Positions 16,455 to 27,239 of a stretch of 64,000 nucleotides of DNA are shown here, in pieces. The DNA comes from an uncultured Methanosarcinaceae archaeon (GTDB taxonomy: Archaea; Halobacteriota; Methanosarcinia; Methanosarcinales; Methanosarcinaceae). Both the position numbers and the translations under genes were made by a program. Where the stretch lies: NCBI GenBank assembly GCA_963733675.1, contig CAVTET010000001.1, positions 800,001-864,000 on the forward strand. Reading direction: 5' to 3'. Position 1 is the stretch's first letter, and the number at the start of each line of letters is the position of its first letter. The notes below the pieces were generated by a model, which did not search any database, had not been told where the DNA came from, and saw nothing but the letters and a program-made list of their open reading frames with translations.

Positions 16455-17219
16455 ATGGGTCGAGTAAGCGTAATAAACGTTTCACGAACATTTTCAAAAA
16501 AAGAAAATAATTCTGAGACAGAGGCTTTAAAAAATGTTGGCTTTGATGTAGAGGATGGGGAGTTTGTTTGCCTTCTGGGGCCTTCCGGCTGTGGCAAGAC
16601 AACGTTGCTTAGAATCATTGCGGGACTTGAAACTCTTACCTCAGGAGAAATTACTCTAAATGGGATTCCTATAACAGGCCCAGATCCTAAAAGAGGCCTG
16701 GTTTTCCAGCAATATTCCCTCTTTCCCTGGAGAACCGTTATGGATAATATCACCTTTGGACTCGAAATGCAAGGGATTAAAAAGATTGAAGCTAGGAGAC
16801 AGGTGGAGAAGTATATAGAGCTTGTGGGCTTGGAGCAATTCAAAAATAGCTATCCATATGAACTATCTGGAGGAATGCAGCAGCGAGCAGCCATTGCAAG
16901 AGCTCTTGCGAATGAGCCGGAAGTACTCCTGATGGACGAGCCTTTTGGGGCCCTCGATGCTCAAACTAGAAATATCCTCCAGGATGAGCTCCTTAAGATA
17001 TGGGAGCAAAAACATGTGACCTTCCTTTTTGTGACCCATAGCGTTGATGAGGCTGTTTTTCTTTCAGACAGGGTGGTAGCTATGACATCAAGGCCAGGAA
17101 GGGTAAAGGAGATTGTAGATATAGATCTCCCCAGGCCACGACGTCGGACAGGTCCCGAAGCCAATAGTTTAAGGGATTATATTCTAAAACTTCTAGAAGA
17201 AGAGAGGCTAGAAAGGTGA
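16455..17219 (+). CDS. NitT/TauT (SsuB-like) ABC transporter ATP-binding protein
   Basis: Walker A GPSGCGKT, LSGGMQQR, LLMDEPFGALD. Confidence 0.95.
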   Translation: MGRVSVINVSRTFSKKENNSETEALKNVGFDVEDGEFVCLLGPSGCGKTTLLRIIAGLETLTSGEITLNGIPITGPDPKRGLVFQQYSLFPWRTVMDNITFGLEMQGIKKIEARRQVEKYIELVGLEQFKNSYPYELSGGMQQRAAIARALANEPEVLLMDEPFGALDAQTRNILQDELLKIWEQKHVTFLFVTHSVDEAVFLSDRVVAMTSRPGRVKEIVDIDLPRPRRRTGPEANSLRDYILKLLEEERLER

Positions 17220-17824
17220 TTTTTGAAAGGAGACAGACTAAAAAAATGAGTTAACGAAATTTATTCTTCATACTGGATAATAAAATTCTTTCATGGTTCT
17301 ATATTTTTTATAAAAATCTTCCTATTATTTTTGGGTTAAGTCCTACTTTTACATAACCTATAGAACACATCCGGGTTTGATATGAGTATCTCCCTTGTAG
17401 GTAGCAACATTACTCTAGCTTTATTCGGAAGGATAAGCTTAGATATCTTCTTCATATTTCTCAGAATTTTTGTCACTGTACATACAATAGCCTTCTTGGT
17501 TTCACATTACTTTGAACAATCTCACCTTTGCAAAGGTCAGGCCTGCAAGTTACAGTAGGGTTTTAACTACCTCCTAGCCAACAATTAAATTGCTTTCCAG
17601 CTAAGGTACTTCTCAAGAAAAACTTTTTTCAATCATGTAGATATTGGACACGGGGTAATAATTTATAAAAATCATTAGCAACCATTCTTGATTATTTTTT
17701 CTAATTATCGGTATAGGATAAATATTTTAGTTGTATACTTTTTCCATAAGTTTTGTTATCAAGTTTCTAAAATATCATTGAATGTTTGTTCCAAATCGCT
17801 GAAATGTTAACTATCAACTTGTAA

Positions 17825-18275
17825 ATGAAAATATTAGATAAGCCTTTGGAAATTCTTTTAGTTGAAGATAATAAGGGAGACAATGGATTAATTCTAGAAT
17901 TCTTCAGTGATGCAAAAGTTATACCTAATCTTCATGTTGCTGAAGACGGGGAAGAAGCAGGCAATTTTTTATGTCATGAAGGGAAGTTTTTAGGTTCTCA
18001 GCGTCCAGATATAATTATTTTGGATTTGAATTTACCAAAAAAAGATGGACGTGAGGTTCTTAAAGAAATAAAAAGAGAATTGTAGCTTTAAAAACATACC
18101 TGTAATCATTTTAACTACTTCCAATGCTGAAAAAGACATCCTTAGAGTTTATGATCTTCATGCCAATGCCTATCTCATTAAATCACTTAATTTTGAAAAA
18201 TTTATGACAGTAATTGAATGCATAGAAGACTTTTGGTTTAAAGCTGTAACATTACCACCAAAACACTCGCATTAA
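17825..18275 (+). pseudogene. Single-domain response regulator (Rcp1-like), frameshifted at ~18080
   Basis: ILLVEDN, PDIIILDLNLPKKDGREVL; continues in another frame as IPVIILTTSNAEKDILRVYDLHANAYLIK. Confidence 0.85.
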
Positions 18276-19275
18276 AAATTATGATCGTGGAAATAATACA
18301 ACAGTTAGAATCGGTATATTCATATAAAAGTAAATTGGGCTTTAAATAAACAGATTTGCTGAAAATTAAGTGTATGTGCGTTTTTCTATACTTTTAAGTT
18401 TATGAGTATAGTTACTATGAATAGAATAGTAATGAGAATTTACGTTGAGAACATATATGAATTTTAGTGAATTTAGATAAACTTCGACACATTTGAGTAT
18501 TGAAGAATTTAAATCTCTTAAGACTAATTTCTACTTATGAAAACTCTTACTGATTTTGCTCTTAAAACTCTAATTTTTAGAAGTTAAAATGAAACAAACA
18601 TCTCTAATTTGCCTATGTCCAACTGAAAAGACTCCAGACTATGAGCGAAGACTTGGATATAAGAGAATATTAGAAGTAGCTGAAAAACTCTATAAGTGTT
18701 GACAGCTGTGGTATAATGGTCTAGTTATTAGCCTGGGCGACCAGACTGATCTAAAATGTCAAAAAAGTTGATCTTGTTAGCTGCAGGGAGGAGAATCCTG
18801 TAGCCTGTCGGAAAGTCTACTGCAAGGTACGGAATACCTATAAGAAGTAACAAGATTCGATTAAAGATATAGTTTTCGTATATCATAATTATAACTACCT
18901 TAAACTAATGAGTGTAACTCTTTAGGCGAAATTCTATCTTAAAATCAAAGTAACCATCTTTTATAAAATAAATTATATTAATTTAATGTAATATTATATA
19001 TACATATGAAATTTCGAAAACCTACCCCGAGTTATCAAGCTGCAAAGCCATGAGGATTTAGTGTGTCAGAAAAAGAACTTAATCTGGGGCTCCCAGTGGG
19101 ACTTTTATTGATTGTTATATAGGAATATATCATTATCTGAGTCAAAAACGTCTTAAAACGCTCCACAATCGTTTATTTTCTTATGCCAAGAGTTCTAATT
19201 AGGGCTTATGTATCAGAAAACGAAGAAAATATTGAAAATGAGGTTGAATAGAGCTTGACGCGAGCTCAATAATAA

Positions 19276-19312
19276 AAGGGGAGCTATTAAGGTTCCCCTT
19301 TATTTTTATTTT
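19276..19312. terminator. Hairpin with flanking A/T tracts
   Basis: aaaggggagc...gttccccttt followed by T-rich sequence. Confidence 0.4.
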
Positions 19313-19316
19313 TTGG

Positions 19317-19500
19317 CTACATTACTTTCTGCACTTGTGGGATTTGGTAAGTTCCATTTAATACCTTGGGACCTGGTAGATTACATTCTAAAGATGACAG
19401 AAAAATCTCCATTGGGTGCAAACAGCCAATTTGATTTTTTTCCTGAAGTTCATCGTGTTGGATGTAGATGTCCAGTGAACCATTTGGGTTCACCATGTGG
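19317..19500 (-). pseudogene. C-terminal fragment of a DUF1214-like protein
   Basis: NPNGSLDIYIQHD...LPGPKVLNGTYQIP resembles DUF1254/DUF1214 C-termini; the middle part appears frameshifted. Confidence 0.6.
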
Positions 19501-19513
19501 CACATTTTTATAT

Positions 19514-19789
19514 TTAGATCATGTAGCTGCCGTAGCCAAGACCATAGAAACCGTATCCGAGGCCGCAGCCGTAGCCGCCGTACCAGGGGTATCCAAAGCC
19601 GTAGCCCCATTCGCCATACCAGGGGTATCCAAAGCCGTAGCCCCATCCGCCATACCAGGGGTATCCAAAGCCGTAGCCTCAGCCGCCATGACCGCCATGA
19701 CCTGTACTAGCTGCAACTGCTGAAAACGATGTTACAAATAGGACTGCCAGTAAAACGGCAAGTACCTTTTTCATTCTGAGTTTTAACAT
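19514..19789 (-). pseudogene. Small secreted Gly/Tyr/Trp-rich repeat protein with an in-frame TGA (absent from the ORF track)
   Basis: RBS ggagtga; MLKLRMKKVLAVLLAVLFVTSFSAVAASTGHGGHGG*GYGFGYPWYGGWGYGFGYPWYGEWGYGFGYPWYGGYGCGLGYGFYGLGYGSYMI; three 36-nt repeats. Confidence 0.8.
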
Positions 19790-20002
19790 TTATTTCACTC
19801 CTTTTATTATATTTACAACATGATATTTTGAGAGTTATCTTTGAATCATTGCTCTATCGACTAATAGTGAAACCAAACTTAACTGGCCTGCTAGTAAAAA
19901 GGCAAGTATCTTTGTTACTGAGTAACAATCATTAATAATGTCCGTATTATATATTAATATTATTAGATTAATAAAAAAATAAATGTAGACAAGTTCACTA
20001 AT

Positions 20003-20587
20003 GAATCCACAAGTTTAAAAAGCGCATTTCTGCATTAAAATGAAGAAAATTAAGATATCAAATACCTATCAATAAAAATTCAAGAATGTAATCAATAACA
20101 TAATTCCTGTAATAGCAGGCCAGTACAGTACCTTCATGTATATGTTGTCTTTTGTATCAAAAGCTCTAAATTTTCTAAGTTCCATCCAGAATAAGAAAAC
20201 ATTGCTGATCTATTACTAATATATGAAAAGGTTGCTGATCTATTATTAATGGAGCTTATGGAACTCATAAAGCGTTTGGAGCTCATGGAACACTTGGAAT
20301 TAATTAACCTATTTGTTTCCTGTGATCTGGTCTTCATTTATATCAATGAGTATTGAGACTACTAACCTCAATACAGGTTGCTAGTTAGGGCTGCCAAAAC
20401 CATTTTGCTTCTGAAATGTAATATTCTCTTTCCATATTGCATAATATATATGGAATTCAGTATAACTATGCACTAGGAATAACACTGTCATAATGTTTAT
20501 GCATCTATCTTTATTAACTCACAATATGTAGAATAACTAAGCTAGGTGATTTATGAGATGAATAGTTTCCTTATTTTGCTTACACTA
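20003..20587 (+). repeat. Dispersed repeat module, copy 1 (uninterrupted)
   Basis: 20003-20487 matches 49664-50114 and 20490-20587 matches 51516-51613; minus strand carries an IS256-like C-terminal remnant (VLRLVVSILIDINE). Confidence 0.85.
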
Positions 20588-20729
20588 CTATAACTAAAGT
20601 TCGTATCCTTAAAAGCTTGAAATTAGAGAAACTAATGAAAACTGAAAAGCAGATCAATAAGTGGGCTAAATAAAAGATTCGAAACTTCTTTTTTTGAGAT
20701 ATTTTTTTGCTTGTTTAGTTATTTATTAC

Positions 20730-20820
20730 AGAGGATTTTGATAAATCCCTAAATTTAGTCATATTCTTATAAATGGTCTATAAATAACTCGTGAAAATCA
20801 GAGATTTATCGAAAGCCCTT
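20730..20820. mobile_element. ~90-bp MITE
   Basis: agaggattttgataa...ttatcgaaagccct. Confidence 0.6.
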
Positions 20821-20971
20821 ATATTCAATTGCTAGTAGTATGAATGATAAATTTTGGCTATCCTATAGGATAATATAATGGTTCATATTTTCTTTTTCTG
20901 ATTAGCCAATTCAAAATTAGGTGAATATTTCAATGTGAGATTCTGTAGGTTTCAATTATGTGTGCCACTCA

Positions 20972-22261
20972 TTATCCCGGGAACTGCTTGATTTTTACTC
21001 CCAGATTGGCCAAATCTTTGAAGAAGTAGGGATAAGAGATGGACACAGATTCAGTTGTGTCAATTGTAGTATTCCCTGTCACCATCCCTGCTATTGCAAG
21101 GGCCATCACAATTCTGTGGTCGTGCCAGCCGTGAACTACTGCTCCCTTAAGTTTACCTCCGGTGATGGTCAGACTGTCCTTCTCTTCTTTAAGGGTGATT
21201 CCAAGCTTTGGAAGTTCGGTTGCAAGGGCACGAAGTCGGTCAGTTTCCTTATATCTAACATGTTCTGCATTTTCGATTCTGCTGATCCCTTTAGCAACTG
21301 CAGCCAGAACAGCGACTGTAGGGACAAGATCAGGGGTTCCTCCGGCATCAAAGGTGATGGCTTTTAAATGTTTACCTCCTCTGACAGTTACAGTACCAGC
21401 TTCTTTATCCCATGTTATATCTGCTCCCATTTGTTTCAGAGTTTCAATGATCAGCTTATCCCCTTGTTTAGAGGGATATAAATTTTTGACTGTGACTTTT
21501 GACTTGTCTGTCAGAGCTGCGGCTGCAAGAAGATAGGAAGCGGAAGAAAAGTCACCGGGAATTGTATAGTCTTTGAGATCATATTTTTGTTTCCCGGGGA
21601 TAATGAATCTAGTTCCATTGTGACTGTCCTTTGAAATTTTAGCTCCTGCCATTTCAAGCATCTCAATTGTTATGTCCACATAGGGTTTTGACTTCAATTT
21701 TCCTATAATCGAAAGAGTGGTGCTATTTTCTATAAGCGGGCAGGCTATAAGAATGGCGGAGATGAATTGAGAACTGATGGAACCGTTAATATTCACCTCC
21801 GTCCCTTTAAATCCACCTTTGACTACAAGCGGAGCTCTCTCGTTTCCTTGAGTGGAGCAGGCGCTGACACCCAATTTGTTGAGAACATCAAGAAGAGGTC
21901 CATTTGGTCGGGTGCGCAGGGAGTTATCTCCAGTGAGCACTGTGATTCCATCAGTAAGGCCTGCAACTGCTGTCATGAAACGGAGTGTTGTCCCTGAATT
22001 TGCAGCATCAATTACATCTTCCGGAACATTTGGTTTTCCATTAACTCCATGAATTATGAGATTTTCTTCCTCCCTTTCAATCAAGGCCCCGAACATCTCT
22101 GAAGCACGGATTGTAGCGAGGGTATCGGCGGAAATCAGAGGGTGACGTACAATTGATTCTTTCGAAAGGGCTGCCAGGGTTATAGCCCTGTGAGTATAAC
22201 TCTTTGAGGGTGGAGCAAAGACTTCCCCTTTAATTGATGATTTGCTAATAAAAACGCGCAT
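20972..22261 (-). CDS. aroA: 3-phosphoshikimate 1-carboxyvinyltransferase (EPSP synthase)
   Basis: PPSKSYTHRA, NSGTTLRF, SSQFISA, RYKETDR, DHRIVMA. Confidence 0.97.
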   Translation of the reverse strand: MRVFISKSSIKGEVFAPPSKSYTHRAITLAALSKESIVRHPLISADTLATIRASEMFGALIEREEENLIIHGVNGKPNVPEDVIDAANSGTTLRFMTAVAGLTDGITVLTGDNSLRTRPNGPLLDVLNKLGVSACSTQGNERAPLVVKGGFKGTEVNINGSISSQFISAILIACPLIENSTTLSIIGKLKSKPYVDITIEMLEMAGAKISKDSHNGTRFIIPGKQKYDLKDYTIPGDFSSASYLLAAAALTDKSKVTVKNLYPSKQGDKLIIETLKQMGADITWDKEAGTVTVRGGKHLKAITFDAGGTPDLVPTVAVLAAVAKGISRIENAEHVRYKETDRLRALATELPKLGITLKEEKDSLTITGGKLKGAVVHGWHDHRIVMALAIAGMVTGNTTIDTTESVSISYPYFFKDLANLGVKIKQFPG

Positions 22262-22789
22262 ATATATAGCTCTCCTACTTTTATTTTAAACTTTTTTTCA
22301 AAATTCAGATAGCTTGTTTGTGTTTTTTTGTTAATGATTCTAAATTTAGTTTTAGGAATTCAATTCACAACTTGTACAATACTTTCCACCATGTATAAAC
22401 CATGGTCATAGGAATGAGCTGAAATGCTGATACCAGTTATCGTACCGTGTTTTGCTCTTCTACTCTGTCAGTGCATTTATTAGAGGAGTTTCGAGAGTCC
22501 ATTATGATTTACGAGGTCAGCTCCTGCTACCTAATTTCTTCTGGAAAACTAATTATGTGTGCACTCTCACCCCTTATTTCAAAGTTATCGAGCGTCATGA
22601 AAGGGACCTCATCAACTCTTGTGTATAAAGGGGTGATCCATGTAATCGCTATTTTCTGCCTGGATGTGGGGCTTTCCTAACATTTATTAATCATACATTC
22701 TATCTGGTCTGTTTTTCAGTTCTAGTTAAGAAAGCTCTTTCAGTATGTGTATTTAAAATTCTGTGTGTAATCATTCACTCTTTATTCTC

Positions 22790-23047
22790 AAAACCAAGTC
22801 GATAAAGTTGGCTTTGCAACTGCCTCCAGATTTTTTCGTTGCAGTTATCAATAATTCTTTTTCTGAATGATTAGACTTTGGTACTGTCTGGTATGTACTT
22901 AGGAAACCAATAAATTTCATAAAAGAAATTCTATTATACATTGTTTCTCAAGAGCAAATTCAGTAGAGTTCTCATAAGTAAAAATTATTGTTAAGAGATT
23001 TAAACTCTCTAATACTTAAATTCATAGGAGTTTATAGAAATTCTCTA
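22790..23047 (-). mobile_element. IS5-family relic (internally deleted 5' part)
   Basis: Homologous to 1940-2395 with a deletion. Confidence 0.65.
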
Positions 23048-23480
23048 AGATATTATGTTTTTTTTATTGAGTATAGTGAAAAGATTTTATCAAATAATGA
23101 CTTTATCAACTATTTAAAATATGTATGCTTTAAAATTGGTAAAAGGTACTTTTTTGAGTTGACGGAATAGGTATTAATGGTGATCATATGCATCTTTTCG
23201 TTGGTCTGAACCAATATATTATCCTTCAAGAGTGATGCAGATTATATAAATATATCACAGCAAGAAAAATCTTTAAATAATAATCTGATATTAAAAACAT
23301 CTTTTGTATGGTGAACTTTGGAATGCTGGAGACTGTATTGGAACTGTGGTTAATGATACAAATTCTGATTGAATTATAGAGAATGTTGAAATTAAGGAAA
23401 ACAGAAAGAAAAAAATTATACGAATAAATTAAAATATTTGATTTGAATAATTCCTTTATTCAAGATTTTGGGTGCGAACA
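23045..23480 (+). mobile_element. IS200/IS605 TnpA relic
   Basis: Broken frames read GDHMHLFVG (HUH motif), PSRVMQII, ITARKIFK, GELW...IGTV. Confidence 0.75.
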
Positions 23481-23586
23481 TACCCAGTTACTTGAAGCTA
23501 ATTGCGCTATTGCAACTTTTATTTTATTCTGTTTTTTAAAAATGATTTCGAAGCTAGTGAGATTCAAAATTACTGTTCGAGGTATA

Positions 23587-23594
23587 TTTATATA
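23587..23594 (+). promoter_or_regulatory. TATA box upstream of the candidate ncRNA
   Basis: tttatata ending ~25 nt before the first paired base at 23619. Confidence 0.5.
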
Positions 23595-23618
23595 TATCAA
23601 TACATGTTATACACACAA

Positions 23619-23796
23619 GTCGCATTGTATAGGTCCTTGCACGAGGTAATGGGAAATCCTGACTGTGAGTGTACAGACAACCCCAATGCGGTACAACAAT
23701 AGTGTGACATTGACCGACACGAGGGTAACTGAAAGTGACTGCGGGAAACCAGAGAATGAACTTTCGGAGTTAGTGCGTTCGGGCTACAACACTATT
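23619..23796 (+). ncRNA. Candidate structured small RNA with two related domains
   Basis: Closing stems gtcgcattg/caatgcggt and aatagtgt/acactatt; internal GAAA-loop hairpins; repeated core cacgagg(g)taa-X-tgactg-Y-caga(c/g)aa; GC-richer than its flanks. Confidence 0.6.
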
Positions 23797-24459
23797 CTTT
23801 ATGGTTTCAAGGGTTCCATTTGGTAGGTCCAGTACTTTGCTAAATATCTCTCTTCAACTTTTATTCCATCTATCTACCTAAGAACTTCACCATTATCCTA
23901 ACTCTTATTTTTAGTATCAGCCATCCCTCAATGAAAAATACAAACATACCAAATCTGAACTTTTCTCATCTATAGATGTATGTCCTCGTTTGATGCTCTT
24001 AGAATGTTTTTCTGGAGGTTTTCTTATGTGTTTTTTTGCAGGCATATACATTTTAGCATAAATATACAATGTTAAAATTTTTAGATGTGTTGCTTAATTT
24101 AGCCATATTTCTTATTTTACATTGTAAACTACGAAGTGATGGAGGTTACATTGAAACTGTGGGTTATGGACAACTTGCGATGTAATAAAAAACCATGTTG
24201 AAAATCAGATAAACAAGAGGAAAAAAGAATAATAGGAAAATTAAAATATTTCATTTAGGATAATTTCCTCTATATTAAGGTCTTTGAGCAATTTTGCTTC
24301 GTTTTGAAATTAGTATTGTTTCATTCTATTGGATAAGCTCTTTATGTTTAATATTTTAGGATGGCCGAATAAGTATGTTTCACACGTAAATATTGTTACT
24401 GTTTTGAGACAGACTGAACTAAATATTTCTGGCTACTCCTAATAAATGTATTAAATAAT

Positions 24460-25451
24460 GGCTCTGTAGAAATCCTCTAAATTGAATTTCTACACTATAT
24501 TTTATAGCTATTATGTTATAATATAACTCCTTATTTTTCCCCATAACAACGAAGGAATACTCAATATTGAAATCGAATAAATACATCAAATTTGTTGATG
24601 CTAGCCTTGAAACTGTGCAGTCTTCGAGACTGAAGCTTTATTACTGCAAATATTTCAAACATGTTTATACTCAGCATCAGATTCTTGTTTTATTGAAGGA
24701 GTATATAAGCACAGACTATCGTGATTTTGTAGAACTTATTGACCTTATGGATTGTATAAAAAAACTTGATCTTGATAAGATTTCACATTTCACTACTCTT
24801 AGAAAATTTGTATCAAGAATTCTTTCTTCCCCGCTTAACCTAATTTTGTCAAGGATTCTAAAGCTATTTTACTACATGGAGAAAATGTCTCTATTACAGC
24901 GATTGATGCAACAGGATTTACGAGTTCCTACGCAAGTTATTATTATTCCCGCAGAACGGGGAAGCTTCGAAAAAGCTTCCTGAAAACTTCAATATCAGTA
25001 GACACAAATAAAATGGTAATATTAGGATGGAAAATCAGTCAAAAAACAGATCACGAGATTAAACATGCAAATGCTCTGATAAGACAATCAAATAGGATAA
25101 GAAGGTCTGAATGTTATGTGATGGATAAAGGGTATGATTCTGAAAATATTCATGCTCTAATTAGATAAGAAATGAAGGCAGACTCAATTATACCTTTAAG
25201 GAAGAGAAACAGAAAGAAAGTCGGGGAAAATATAGAAAACAATTACCTCTGGTCTTTGACAAAATTAAATACAATCAAAGGAATCTGGCAGAGACAACAT
25301 TCTCTGTAGTGAAAAGGAAGTTTGGAGAAACACTTCGGGCAAGAAAGTTCCGTAATCAAGTAAAGGAAATTAAACTTAAACTCATAGTGTACAACATAGA
25401 CAAAAAAGTTGTAGAAATAATTTGCATCAAATTAAGGATTTCTACAGAGCC
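24460..25451 (+). mobile_element. IS5-family (GGC-ended) element, transposase frameshifted
   Basis: Perfect 17-bp TIR ggctctgtagaaatcct/aggatttctacagagcc; flanks taaataat/aaaataat (imperfect TSD); fragments [19 protein letters not shown]. Confidence 0.88.
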
Positions 25452-25774
25452 AAAATAATCTCTCATTTGTAAGTAAACCATTTATCACAGAAGATTTCAA
25501 TAAATTTCTGAGTTTCTTGATTCATTTATATACTACTAATAAAAATATCATTAATTTTAGGGGTTTATCAAAATTCGCTTAAAACTTAGCTATTAAAGTT
25601 TAGGAAAAAATATTCATAGTGTCATTATTTAAAATTTGATGGATAAGTTCTTTGAAAATCATTTTCTTTAACGATTGGCTTTGATTGTATTTTTCTTCCA
25701 AAATGTCTTGAAAATTACATATTTTTCACAACTCAAAACCAACATTTTTAGATTTATTTTGAGTAGCTAAATAA

Positions 25775-26218
25775 TTACATTAAATCAGAATAAAAGCAAG
25801 AATTTGTCTTTAATCTTAACCTGACAACGTAGGTATAAAGGCTTTCTACATCTTTAATCTCCTTATGACACATCAGCTTCATTTTGTGGCGTATCTGAAG
25901 CTCAGGTTTCAAACCAAAATTTTCGAAATAGCCTGAAAGCTTAACAGCCAGTAAATCACCCCGTCTATCCCAATCTGTTAGGACGACTACTTCATTTCCA
26001 ATTTTTGCAATTGTCTCTGTAAAATTATAAAGAGAGGTGTTGGTTGCAAGCTCAAAATTGCCTTCAATTCCAAGCCTTCTCAATGAAAAGATATCTCTTT
26101 TCCCTTCCACGATGATAATTGCTCCCCTTCCTGAATACTCTGAAAGTTCGGATAGCAACTCTTCAATTTTTTCAAGCTTTTTTCTGTAAATTTCAAGATC
26201 AACCACGGTGTTATACAA
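25775..26218 (-). CDS. Small TOPRIM-domain protein
   Basis: IIVEGKRD and LTDWDRRG (DxD) TOPRIM motifs. Confidence 0.88.
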   Translation of the reverse strand: MYNTVVDLEIYRKKLEKIEELLSELSEYSGRGAIIIVEGKRDIFSLRRLGIEGNFELATNTSLYNFTETIAKIGNEVVVLTDWDRRGDLLAVKLSGYFENFGLKPELQIRHKMKLMCHKEIKDVESLYTYVVRLRLKTNSCFYSDLM

Positions 26219-26325
26219 CCTTCTCCTATATATTCAATAGTCAGGATAATAAGATGCTGAAATGTTACTTTTTAAAATCGGGGGAAAATTACTCTTAAAA
26301 CTATCCTATTTCAATAGGTCGTTTT

Positions 26326-26643
26326 TCATTTTTTAAAATAGGGCGCAAAAATAGAAACAGCCTGTTGGTAAGAAATTCCTTTTATTAGTAAGGATTTTTT
26401 ACTACTTGTTATTCCACTGGAGAGCCGAATATCCGAATTACTAATCCCAAAGAGTTTTGCAAAACATTTGACCAATTGTTCGTTTGCTTTTCCCTTATGG
26501 GCATTTTTGGTTATCTTTACTTCAATTCTCTTACGCCATTCGTTGTAACCACTCGGAATTGAGATCAAACTGGAACCAGGAATGACTTCGATATCGACAA
26601 TAATACTAGAATCCAAATCTTTTATTGCCTCTTCGAAAGACAT
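26326..26643 (-). CDS. DUF167/YggU family protein
   Basis: VIPGS...GKANEQLVKCFAKLFG...SGITSSKK. Confidence 0.88.
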   Translation of the reverse strand: MSFEEAIKDLDSSIIVDIEVIPGSSLISIPSGYNEWRKRIEVKITKNAHKGKANEQLVKCFAKLFGISNSDIRLSSGITSSKKSLLIKGISYQQAVSIFAPYFKK

Positions 26644-27239
26644 ATTTTTACCTTTTTGAGGGAATACTATAAATCAATAACTGATCAACGATCAGAGTAA
26701 AGGAATTTTATAAATAGTGAGCAGTAATCATATTTAGGGTGCGAGATGTAGATATCCATTGATCAAGCAACTTCAGTAAGTCACTAATTTTTATTTGGCA
26801 ACAAACAATGCCTTAATATTATCCTTATATAATGGTGGAAACGTATCCAATGTAGTTACCATTATATTAAATCCAGTGGCACAACAATTTAATTATTATT
26901 CGTCTTAATAAACTCTGAATCCTATTACATTCCAAAACATTCACTTTGGCCCAATGTCACTTAAATAGATATCAAAGTAATGGATATTGAATGTAATGAT
27001 ATACGGATATGCGATGTTGAGACTCCGATTCATTGCATGGTTGCATGGCCTGGAGAGAAAAAAGGAGAACAAAAAAGATATAGACTGGAAACTTACGAGG
27101 AATCATGCTGATGGGAAACTGTTCATGATTCTATTCAATAATTAAATTGTCAACATGCTAGATATAGTCTTAAAATAGAATTAAGGTAGAAAAAATGTAT
27201 TGATGCTTATTATAAGCCTTCAAATATTAAGGTGGATTC

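Noticed and set aside
17370-17620. Possible group II intron fragment
   Set aside because: No GUGYG 5' end, no domain V/VI and no RT ORF seen; more likely an unidentifiable gene relic.
18610-18870. GC-richer island, possible RNA
   Set aside because: No convincing closing stems or promoter; reads like a decayed coding fragment I cannot assign.
19679-19681. Selenocysteine recoding of the in-frame TGA
   Set aside because: The position corresponds to Trp in sibling repeats and Methanosarcina are not known to use Sec.
19570-19690. Possible CRISPR array (36-nt period)
   Set aside because: Contiguous coding repeats with no unique spacers and no cas genes in the window.
19313-19723. Track ORFs with AVAPSAIPGVSK, RGIQSRS or ATALDTPG repeats
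   Set aside because: Shadow frames of the 36-nt repeat; the frame with RBS and signal peptide is the minus-strand GYPW frame.
22300-22760. Possible pyrrolysine (TAG) read-through ORF upstream of aroA
   Set aside because: The frame also contains TAA stops; treated as an unassigned relic.
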